Of a stretch of 38,744 bases of DNA, positions 12,521 to 23,099 are shown one piece after another. The DNA is taken from contig NC_068990.1 of NCBI RefSeq assembly GCF_001194135.2, positions 58,627,980 through 58,666,723 on the forward strand, written 5' to 3'. The first letter of the stretch is position 1. Every line of letters starts with the position of its first letter. The notes under the pieces were generated by a model, which had not been told where the DNA came from, did no database searches, and saw only the letters and a list, made by a program, of their open reading frames with translations. This DNA is from Octopus bimaculoides (Eukaryota). The position numbers and the translations under genes were made by a program.

Positions 12521-12681
12521 GAGCTTCTTTCAGTTTCTGTAAGCCAAATCCACTTACAAAGCCAGTGTCGACTTCAGATTATAGTAGAAGACACTTAGCC
12601 AAGGAACCACGCCATGGGGCTGGACCCGGAGTCATGTGGAGCGGGGGAAGCAAATTTCGTACCACACAACCACACTGCACC
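12521..12681 (-). mobile_element. SINE family A, 5' half
   Basis: Reverse complement gives the head GGTTGTGTGGTACGAAATTTGCTTCC...CCGGGTCCAGCCCC...CTTGGCTAAGTGTCTTCTACTATA, which matches the head of 27782-28140. Confidence 0.8.
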
Positions 12682-13139
12682 AATGTATGTATGCTTTTTC
12701 TATATCAAGAAGCATTTGAGATATTCAGTTGTACAGGCACATTCACATACACACATTTACCACGCTCTCTCTCTTTCTCCATCACACACACACACACACA
12801 CACACACACAGATATATATATATATTTATAAATATATGTGTGTGTGTGTGTGTGTGTGTGCTCACGCACACATGCGGATATTGATATTATGCTAATGTTT
12901 ACCTGGAGTTAAACGGCAACGACAACAACAACACGGACAAAACCATTTTGCTTCGTATCTGGCCGAAGTAAATCAACATTTCGTAATGATTGACGTATTG
13001 ACCATCTAAAATGAGATAACATATGTAGAGTCACTTTATAAGCGCTGATGTCAGTGAGTTAAATTATAGACCAGTCAGAACTTGTCGCCAGTTCATGAAC
13101 AAACCGACTTTAGCTAATGCTTCCTTGTCGGTTATTTTA

Positions 13140-13700
13140 GCTAAAAATCACTGCTTAACAAGCATGGAATGAAAGTGTTGATATGATATTGTATCCTTCC
13201 TCCAGCGTAACCCTTTAAGTGCGAAATTAAATTTCGTGCTCAGTCTAGTAATGATGTTAAATAACTATCAGAAAATAGAAATGGTATTTTCTGCAAGTCA
13301 CGTTGCTTCAATAAACTTGATATATCTCGACCATAAAATAGTTTCAAGCATGACATTCCTCAACAAAAGATAGACTGGTATATGAAAACTTTCTGCAGTT
13401 GAGGGTAATGTAAGTCTTGGGTGGATATATCTGATTTTCCACCGCAAAAGTCTCGAAATCATTTCCGATGTGATTTCAACCATCAGGGTTTCAGGGGAAA
13501 ATGGGATTCTATAGATCCGCGTTCTATCCATGAGTGGGAGATATGTCTCTTATCCACTTAACGCAACGGAAATAAAGGAGCTTTTTTCAATTCTAGAGAA
13601 ATTTATGAGCATCACTTGGTAGATAATATTTTGCTGTCAGCTTTGACAAATATAACTTACTGGGTTAGAAAGACGGTTACAACCGAGAAAACTAAACTAC
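13140..13700 (+). mobile_element. Possible highly decayed DIRS-type RT/RNase H fragment
   Basis: With frameshifts it reads KIDWYMK..., SLEIISDV..SGF.G, PLNATEIKELFSILEKF and TNITYWVRK. These appear in the order of DIRS RNase H motifs (L.WW, TDAS..GWG, HIN.LEL.A, DN.T...Y..K). Weak match by eye. Confidence 0.3.
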
Positions 13701-13744
13701 AAAAGAGCGATTTACCAATTCTTTTGTACATCCAACCCTATGCA

Positions 13745-13808
<64 letters not shown>

Positions 13809-14082
13809 NNNNNNNNNNNNNNNNCTTGCCTCCGTTCCCTTTTACTTACGCCATCATAAACTCTCATTCTTCATAACTCCCTTTTTCGACAACTCGCTTC
13901 CTCTCAGCTGCTTATCACCCTCAAACAAAGGTTTTCCTGTTCTTTTTTTTTTGCGTTCTTTTCCACGAGCTGTATCATTTTATAAAGGTACACACACCAA
14001 CACAATCAATTTTATACTGTATATAACTAGTTTTCACTGAGACTGAATCTTTTAAGAACGTGAACTTTTACGACAATGTATG

Positions 14083-14125
<43 letters not shown>

Positions 14126-16479
14126 GCACACGTATATACATACATACGTATGTTGTCATTATTGTACACAATGTCGATATCATTCATAATGCAATAACGT
14201 TTTACAGCAATAATTCATAAACAATACAAAAATTGCCATTAATTCCAATAACAATAAGCTAATTTCCCTGTTTCAGAATCAAACTTTCTGTTGCACTATG
14301 ACTGCGTTGGTGAATTGTTGAATATTTATTTTTCATTGACATGTCAAAAAAAAAAATGAAAATAAAAGAAAAGGTTTCCTGGTTCCTTTTACAAATTCTT
14401 GTTGTTGTTTTTTTTATCCTCGCTTTTGCAGTTATTTACTGTTTCTGTAGTACTTTACTATTGAACTGAAATATTTATCTTCCTAAAATATATCATATAA
14501 ATACAAGATAGAACAGACAATAATAATCAGAATACAAACAATAAATCGAAACAAAAAAAAAAACATTAGTAAACATGAGGAATGGAATTTAGTAATGTAA
14601 ATACAAATTCTATTCGAGTAAATGTTTTGAAGGCTAAAAAATGAAAAGAAAGCTTTTAATAAAAGTCAATAAAATATATTGGTAAAGGTGAAATGTTGGT
14701 TATAGTGGCTAAGCAAAAGCAACATTGTTCAACGAAGTTTCAATCTTGGTTCAACTTAAGACCTTTCAAATGGGCCATCAGACTAGTTTACACTGAGTAT
14801 AAGGATTTAAGGATGTCAAGGTTCAAAGGTTAACATGACTGTCTACTAAATCACAGCATTGGGTATCACAGTGTATAATGACTTGACAAGTGATTTCGTT
14901 GGCACACACTTAGTCAGCCATTTATTACAGTCAAGTCCACTACGTCCGTTTGAGTCCCAGGCAGCTAATTATCCAACCATAAATCGCATTCTTGCATAAA
15001 TAATATTGTATCACTCACAGCTGTGCCTTGAGCTAGCCTCACCCCACTACATAACATAAGAGTTAATAAGAGAACGGAACCAAGCTTTTTTTTTTTCTGG
15101 TTTAGAGCATATGGTATTTGACAAATCACTGTCACAAAGCCAGAATTGTGGGCATAAACTCAATAGGATTCAGACTCTTTCTAAATTCCATTTTCGTAAA
15201 CACTCGTTGGAAATGAAACTAACCGGAAACGAACTTGATAAACTTCTACAACCTATTTAGCACACACAAACATACACTTATCACTCAAACTATGAATTCT
15301 TGGTCTTTACGGATGTGTCCAGCTATTAAAGTTTAGAGAGCTTTTAGATATATGTATTTCTGTGAGTGTATGCATTTGCTGATGCATGCTTCTTGTAGTA
15401 CAACATGATTATGGAATGCGTATGCGCTTGTGTATGTATGTATGTGTGGGAGCGTATATGCAAGCATCAAAATTTCTAAGTGTTCCAATAACCATCTATG
15501 CGTGTATAATAATGTTATTTAGTTGTCATTCATTTCTTTTACATGACAAATAACACACCCGTGAAAACTGAATAAAAGCAGTCGTATATGTATGATTGCA
15601 TGTATATGCATGGTTTGATCGTGTATAATATGTGTGTGTGTGTGTAGGTAAGTAAGTATGAGTGTTGTATATAAGCATTTATGTATATGAGTTTGTATGC
15701 ACGTATATAGATATGCATGAATATAAATGTATACGTACGAAAGGGACGCACTGGACTGAAGGTAATAAATTTAATGTGCACAAAGGTGCATGCGTAGATA
15801 TATATGTGTATGTATATATGTGTATGTGGGGTGTGTGTATGTGCATATATATATATATGTATATATATATATATTTGTACATATATATATATATATTGTA
15901 TGTATGTATATGTAGGTAAGTTTGCATGTAAGTTTGCATGTATGTATGTATGCATAAGTGCAGGAGATAAAGAGAAAGATAAGATACAAAAACAATTTCT
16001 CACAAAACGTTTTATTCTGTTGATAGCAGGAAATAGCAAGTGCCATGCTGTCAAATTCGCTGCCGCCAGTGATGACTGACCTTTTAATCTTTTCGTCGAG
16101 TTACTATTCATTTTTTAATTAATAATCTTTTAGAACTGATGCGCTGAAATCTTTTAATAACTGTTGCTGTTCCATTAAAATTCTATATTTCGCTTAGGTT
16201 CAGCTATCGTAGAACATTTTTTTTTATGTATTCTTTTATTCTTTACGCTATTTTCAGTCGTTTCGCTATGCCCATAGTGCGGCATCACTTCTAGCGATTT
16301 TAGTCAATTTATATTATATTATATCGACTCCTATATTTCGTCCCTTAAGGAGTAAATGCCTAAAGGAATTTATACCGCTACGTAGAAATACAGATACTGA
16401 GGCATACAAAAATCATTTTAAAAGAAGTAAAATGCATACGTAGGCGCTCACCCACGCATATACATATACATTTAATCAA

Positions 16480-16517
<38 letters not shown>

Positions 16518-16709
16518 ACACAAACACACATACACACACAAACACACACACACATATATTTATAAATTTGTGAACAAACCCAAGGGCTGTTAAATGTCTA
16601 AGAAAAGCGACCACATAGGTCTTTTTATAATAACTATAATTATATATTATTATTTTCTTATAATAATAATATAGGCTCAAATTGAAGCGACTAATCTAAA
16701 CAAATTGAC

Positions 16710-17142
16710 NNNNNNNNNNNNNNNNNNNNNNNNNNNNNNNNNNNNNNNNNNNNNNNNNNNNNNNNNNNNNNNNNNNNNNNNNNNNNNNNNNNNNNNNNNN
16801 NNNNNNNNNNNNNNNNNNNNNNNNNNNNNNNNNNNNNNNNNNNNNNNNNNNNNNNNNNNNNNNNNNNNNNNNNNNNNNNNNNNNNNNNNNNNNNNNNNNN
16901 NNNNNNNNNNNNNNNNNNNNNNNNNNNNNNNNNNNNNNNNNNNNNNNNNNNNNNNNNNNNNNNNNNNNNNNNNNNNNNNNNNNNNNNNNNNNNNNNNNNN
17001 NNNNNNNNNNNNNNNNNNNNNNNNNNNNNNNNNNNNNNNNNNNNNNNNNNNNNNNNNNNNNNNNNNNNNNNNNNNNNNNNNNNNNNNNNNNNNNNNNNNN
17101 NNNNNNNNNNNNNNNNNNNNNNNNNNNNNNNNNNNNNNNNNN
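16710..17142. other. Assembly gap (433 N)
   Basis: N run. Other gaps: 955-1054, 2219-2528, 3456-3860, 4398-4407, 13809-13824, 36612-36729, 38307-38395. Confidence 1.
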
Positions 17143-17670
17143 CCCCTATATATTGCTAAAGTGGAACTTTCACTGATCTTATTGCCCGACTGGTAGAAGG
17201 TTGTGAGCGTCTGACGACATTCTAGGCGCCAGGCGCCCAATCTCCGTCTTTTCATCACCCAGGATTGCAGCTCCGTCAAGGAGACGAGCTGCAGAAAGTC
17301 GTACCTCACAAGCGGCGTCCACATATGCTCAGCATCCACAAATCATTGCAGGTGGCACAACCTGAGTGTGTATCTTTGCATCAGAAGCAACGGCATGCCT
17401 AAGCTGCCACACAGAGGGTGCTGGCAGCAGACTGACTACCTGGCCATTTGAACGCGTCCATTTTATAAGAAAATAAATAAAAACTCTCCATTTTATAAGA
17501 AAATAAATAAAAACTCTCCAACGGAGCTGCAATCCTGGGTGATGAAAAGACGGAGATTGGGCGCCTGGCGCCTAGAATGTCGTCAGACGCTCACAACCTT
17601 CTACCAGTCGGGCAATAAGATCAGTGAAAGTTCCACTTTAGCAATATATAGGGGATTAGTGGCGAGGAAA
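17143..17670. repeat. Perfect 134-bp inverted repeat (17143-17276 / 17521-17654) around a 244-bp spacer
   Basis: Checked base by base with no mismatch. The left arm is cut by the N gap. The right arm continues ATTAGTGGCGAGGAAA to 17670. The spacer ends in an exact 30-bp tandem duplication (17461-17520). Confidence 0.95.
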
Positions 17671-17699
<29 letters not shown>

Positions 17700-17701
<2 letters not shown>

Positions 17702-17750
17702 ACGACAGGCTTCTTTCAGTTTCCGTCTACCAAGTCCACTCACAGGGCAC
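17700..17750 (-). mobile_element. SINE family A short fragment
   Basis: GGCTTCTTTCAGTTTCCGTCTACCAAGTCCACTCACAGGG matches 12521-12560. Confidence 0.6.
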
Positions 17751-17754
17751 GATA

Positions 17755-19283
17755 ATCAGATAACTGATAGCGGAGGCAATGTAGGCATTCGCCAACTCTG
17801 TCCGACGAGTAGTAATATCACTCTAGATAAAGCAAAAGAAATAAGAGAATTAGACCAAAGCCAGACACACAAATACTTAGGAATTGATGAACTAGATACC
17901 TTACTACATCCACAAATGAACCAGAAGATAAGGAAGGAAAACTATAGACGAGTTAGATTAATACTTAAAACAGAGCTCAATGCGAAAAACAAGATAGTAT
18001 CAACACTCTAGCTGTCACAGTTATAAGTTACAGTTACAATATTCTTAATTGGACTCTAAATGAGCTAACCAAAGTAGACAAGAAAACAAGAAAAATAATG
18101 ACAGAATTTAGGATACACCACCCAAACTCTGGCAAAGAAAGGTTATATATACAACGAATTGAAGGTGGCAGAGGCCTTATACAACTAAAAACTATTATAA
18201 AATAACTACCATTGTATTACAGAAATATTTAATTAAGAAGCAAGGAAAGCTAGTATAAATAGCCACAAAACATGAGCATAACAAAACTGTTTTGTGTCTT
18301 TAAGGAATCTGAAAAGTACAAGAAAGAATCATAGTACCTGACAATTATGAAGAAAAAGAGGAAACAACAAAAGCTGTAAAACAACTGAAATACAAACTGA
18401 AACTGGGACAACAAAATACCTTAATAAAGCGTTGGCAAGAAAAGCCCTTACATGGCAAATACTGGGATAAGCTAAACAGAAAAGAAATAGACAAAGTAAA
18501 ATCCTGACTATGGTCGAGAAGCTCAGGACTCAAAGCTGAGGATGAGGGATTTTTTAATTGCAGCAAAAGATCAAAGCTTTCCCATCAGAAACCACCAGAA
18601 ATACGTAATGAAGAAAAAATACAAATAACTGCAGAAAATGTGGTGAAGGGGAAGAAACAAAAAATCATATTGTCTCTGGCTGCCCAGTCCTGGCTAAGAA
18701 AGAAAATATCCACAAACATGGAGTTGTGACCTATATACACTGGAAGCTTTGCCAGCACTATGGAATAACAACAGAAAAAGACGGTTTACGCCATAAAACA
18801 TCTCAAAAGATGGCAAAACAGCCATACTCTAGGATATGCCAATACACACAGGTAGAAAAAAAATCAAGGCTAAAATACCGAATATAGTTGTTAGAGATCA
18901 CGAAGAAAAAATACCTTCTAATCAATGTATCAATCCCAGCAGATGACAATGTATCTTTAAAAGAAACAGAAACTCTCAAAATACAAAAGATCTGGAAATA
19001 GAGATGATACTGATGTGAAACCTAAAAGCAGAAACACCCCCTATGATAATTAGGTATGATAATTAGGTATGATTAAAAACTTTCAGACAAATACATAACT
19101 AAAATACCAGGACTTACGAATATATATAACACTGAAAATAGCACTACTAGGCACCAAACACATCCTACATAAAGCGCTTTCAATACAGTGAAAATAACAG
19201 CGCCATAACAAACCACAGCACATACCCAAAACAAACAAGAGCTGCGCTTGGTGGTGCAGTGAAAGCATATGATAAAAATAGTA

Positions 19284-19290
<7 letters not shown>
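17755..19290 (+). mobile_element. R4/Dong-clade (restriction-like endonuclease) non-LTR retrotransposon, 5'-truncated copy 1
   Basis: THKYLGIDE...RKENYRRVRLILKTELNAKNK..., HHP...ERLYIQRIEGGRGL, GLK.EDEGF..AAKDQ, a CxxC..E...HIVSGC knuckle and a P.IV motif. Many frameshifts. Ends in an (AAT)n tail. Confidence 0.9.
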
Positions 19291-19366
<76 letters not shown>

Positions 19367-19420
19367 TGATGATGATGATGTTGATGATGACGATAATAAT
19401 AATAATAATAATAATAATAA
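19286..19420. repeat. Compound (AAT)n-(GAT)n-(AAT)n microsatellite
   Basis: Seen directly. It is the tail of copy 1 and the junction to copy 2. Confidence 0.97.
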
Positions 19421-21112
19421 CTTCCCTCAGATACGCCACCACAACAACACGTGCGTAAAAATCAAACATTCAATGATGAAGGAAAGGATCAAAAGAGAAT
19501 GTTATCGCAGGGTAAGGGCAATACTCAAGACAGAGCTGAATGCAAGAAACAGGATCGAAGCAATCAATACTTTAGCCATACCGGTCGTGACTTATAGTTT
19601 CAATATCATTAACTGGTCAATTACTGAAATGTGTAATCTTGACAGAAAAATATGAAAATTGTTGACAATACATAGAATCCACCACCCTAAGGCAGATATA
19701 GAACGACTTTACCTGCCAAGAAAAGAGGGTAGCCGTGGACTTTAGCAACTAGAACTAACAATGAGGATTGCCACAATTGGCTTCAACATCTACCTAGAAA
19801 ATTCCGATGACTGGATGTTAAAACTTGTTTTAAAGCATGAAAACAAGAAAGCTTCATACTCAGTAACTAAACAGGCAAAGGAATATCTAAGTGAATTCCA
19901 AATGCAACAAATCCCAGAAACAAGCACAGAGAAAGGTAAACGTATGAAAACCCGTGCTAAAACTGCTGCTTTAGATATTCTTACTGATAAATGGCAGGAA
20001 AAACCTCTCGATGGCAAATACCCAAAGAGAGCTAATAATGCCGACGTAAAGCCCTTACCCATCAATGGTTAGTGTCTTCTGGCTTAAAATCAGAAACAGA
20101 AGGGTTTATCATAGCAGCCCAAGATCAATGCCTACCTACAAGGAACTACCAGGCCAACATATTAAAGAACGGCAGTAGCCAGACATGTCGTGTATGTAAA
20201 CAACAAAATGAAACCATTGATCATGTTGTCTCCATATGCAATCTTCTTGCGCCTACAGAGAATCTCAACAGGCATGATAGAGTAGCACAGTATATTCACT
20301 GGGTAATTTGCAAGAACTTGGACCTGTCCCATAATAAAAACTGGTGGGAACACAAACCACCTTTAGTGCTTGAAAATGATCACATTTTACCCCTCTGGAA
20401 CTTCACCGTTCATTCTGACAGAAAGATAGATGCGAATAGGCCAGACATTATTTTAGTGAAGGACTTTAGACAAAAATCATGCCTCCTCATTGAAATGACT
20501 GTCCTAATTGACATAAATGTGTCTATCAAGACCTACCAAAACCTGAGCAAGTATAAAGATCTTGAAATAGAAACTGGCAAAATGTGGAACCTCAAGACTA
20601 AAACAATACATGTAGTCATAATGAGACCCTCTTTGGTCATGACTGACCATGGGATTGTACCTAAAAAATTACCCTCCCAGGCACAAGTCCGGGCAAGGTT
20701 GTTTACCTCACGATCGTAAGCTCGAGGCTCTAATCACTGAGCCATGCGCTTTCACTGTTGTCATAAGTGCCTTAGGAATGATAGCAAAATGGGGCTGATT
20801 GCTACCTAGCTCAGATACCAGGAAACCCCAAAACGGTAGAAATTCAAAAGATAGTGCTCAGGGGAACTGCCCATATTCTACATAAAATACTGTCTATGTA
20901 ATCTCAAATTTTAAAACAAAGTTATAATTTTTTTATGTTTTCTTAAACATTCTCTAGAACAACACTATATGCAAAACCAAATATATGACACCTTAGGCAT
21001 AATACCAACTTGGACTTCTAAGTTGTTGCCTCTTGAGGTCTCTGGGTGAGACTTGGTGTCAACTTGTACAAATACAAAGCATAAGTCAAACATATAACAA
21101 CAACAACAACAA
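19421..21112 (+). mobile_element. R4/Dong-clade non-LTR retrotransposon, 5'-truncated copy 2
   Basis: MKERIKRECYRRVRAILKTELNARNRIEAINTLAIPVVTYSF; GLKSETEGFIIAAQDQ; CRVCKQQNETIDHVVSIC (CCHC); RHD; NRPDII...LIEMTV...LSKYKDL (PD-(D/E)xK); EIQKIVLRGTAHILHKILSM*. Has an (AAC)n tail. Confidence 0.93.
20621..20755 (-). mobile_element. Internally deleted tRNA-head SINE (family C-like) inserted in R4/Dong copy 2
   Basis: Flanked by TGTAGTCATA (20611-20620) and TGTTGTCATA (20756-20765). The head contains TGGCTCAGTGATTAG and there is no B box. Removing it restores TIHVVISALGMIAK. Confidence 0.82.
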
Positions 21113-21136
21113 TAAGAAGAAGCAGAATGATAATAA

Positions 21137-21506
21137 TCCTTTCTACTACAGGCACAATACCTGAAATTCGGTGGGAAAGGACTAGTCGATTACACTGGTA
21201 CTTAATTTATCGATCCCGAAAGGATGAAAGGCAAAGTCGACCTCGGTGGAATTTGAACTCAGGACGTGAAAACAGACGAAATGACTCTAAGTATTTCGCC
21301 GTGCGTAGGAACAATCCTTTCTACTATAGGTACTATAGGTGAAATTTTGGGAGGTGAATAGTCAATTGCATCGACCCCAGTGCTCAACTGGTGCCTATTT
21401 TATCGACCCCAAAGGATGAAAGGCAAAGTCAATCCCGGCGGAATTTGAGCTCAGACCGTAAGGACAGACGAAATGCCGCTAAGCATTTTGCTCGGCGCGC
21501 TAACGA
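21137..21506 (-). mobile_element. Two tandem SINE family B copies (21137-21310, 21315-21506)
   Basis: Each begins TCCTTTCTACTA and contains GAAAGGCAAAGTC..C.CGG.GGAATTTGA.CTCAG...GACGAAATG. Confidence 0.85.
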
Positions 21507-22261
21507 AGGATGAAATACACGAACAGCAACGAGATTTGAACCCAGAACGTAAAAGCAGGTAACTAAAAACAACGGGGCATTTTGGATTGTGTTTTCTTCT
21601 TTTATATATTTTTTAATTTTTTCCTTCTTCCGGATTTCTACTTATTCTACCATCAATAATTTATCGATTTTTCTGAACAGAAGAAAATTGATTGAGATGA
21701 GATAAAAGTGATAAAAACCTCTTTACAAAAACACTGATGTGATCTTCAGAGAAGCCCAAATCAGAGAAGAAAAATAGTAATCCAGGTTACAACTTTAATG
21801 TTTTATAACATCTTCTAATACAGAATAACCATTTCTTTTCAGACAATACTTGATAGTATTAAAGTAATAATCAACTTACAATTTCTTTCATTCAGCAAAT
21901 TTTGGATTAGTCATATTGTTGTTTATATTTGTTTTTATCTTTTAGTTTATTTTTTGTTCTTTTTCATTTGTGCATACATACGTTTGTGTGTGTACATATA
22001 TGTGTACGTATATGTGTGTATGTGCGTTTGTATGTGTGTGTATTTGTATGTGTATGTTGCAGTAAATTATGGAATATTTTTATCGGCTTTTGTCGCATTA
22101 ACGGCTTAAAGACTTAAAACAAGAGCAGCGTTCTCAAAAGACGTCGAAACTGTGAGTGGGATGGATTTCATTGAGGAATTTTGCCTTCATACAAAACAGA
22201 ATTTATCACACATCACAGAAGCCGAGCTTTGCAAAAATGTTTAGGACTAGTGATAACAGTA

Positions 22262-22297
22262 AGAATAAAAAGAAGTGAAGAGTGAAAGTGAAAGGAG

Positions 22298-22334
<37 letters not shown>

Positions 22335-22930
22335 GGAGAGAGAGAGAATGAGTGAGATGGGTAGGAATTTATATAAAAAAGAGAAAAGCAGAGTAGAGTG
22401 AGAGAGAAAGAAGGTTTAAGAGAAGGGAAGGAAGCGGGAGAGGTGTACAGAGAGAGGCAGCAGGTTGAAAGAGATGAACTGAAAGGAAGGAGGATGGAAA
22501 GAATTAGTGGGAGAAAAAAAGAGAAAAGAGATAGACATACAGGGAGAGAGAGAGAAAGAGAGAGTTAAAGTGTGTGTCTGTGGAAGAAAGAACAGAGAAA
22601 GAATATGAGAAAGATTATGATGACGGAAAAAGCAAAAGAAGTTTTAATGACAATCTGACTGTAAAACATTAAAGAGGAAGAAAATAATATGAACGAGAGA
22701 GCGAAAGAGAGAAGGTGAGATAAAAGAGAGTGCGAGAGAAAGAAAGGGAAAGAAATGCATTGCTTTGCATCTACATGTGTTTGTGATTGTTTGTGTTTGT
22801 ATTTCAGAGAGTGTGTATATGTAAGTGAGAAAGAAAAAAAAATCATATGTGTGTATGTTTGTATGGAAGAAGAAAAGAGGACTAAGGAAATGTAAAAATA
22901 AGATCAAAAAGAGAGAAAATTAAAGAAACA
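22262..22930. repeat. Purine-rich low-complexity tract with (GA)n
   Basis: Seen directly. Confidence 0.9.
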
Positions 22931-23099
22931 GATAAGCAGAAGATTTAAACGAAACTTAATATATTTGATTGCCTCTTAATTCCAAACACACACAAACACA
23001 CACACATACATACCCATAGAGACACAAACACACTCGTACACATATACACATACACACTCCGCATACAGCTATGTACAAAGCGCTAACCGGAGAGAATAT

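Noticed and set aside
19050-19080. Short tandem duplications (14 bp here; 13 bp near 24160; others near 1710-1770 and 33445-33495)
   Set aside because: These are ordinary slippage events with no further structure.
19269-19655. Poly-Asn/poly-Asp protein ORF and its poly-Ile antisense ORF
   Set aside because: The (AAT)n/(GAT)n tract is read in frame into the R4/Dong relic.
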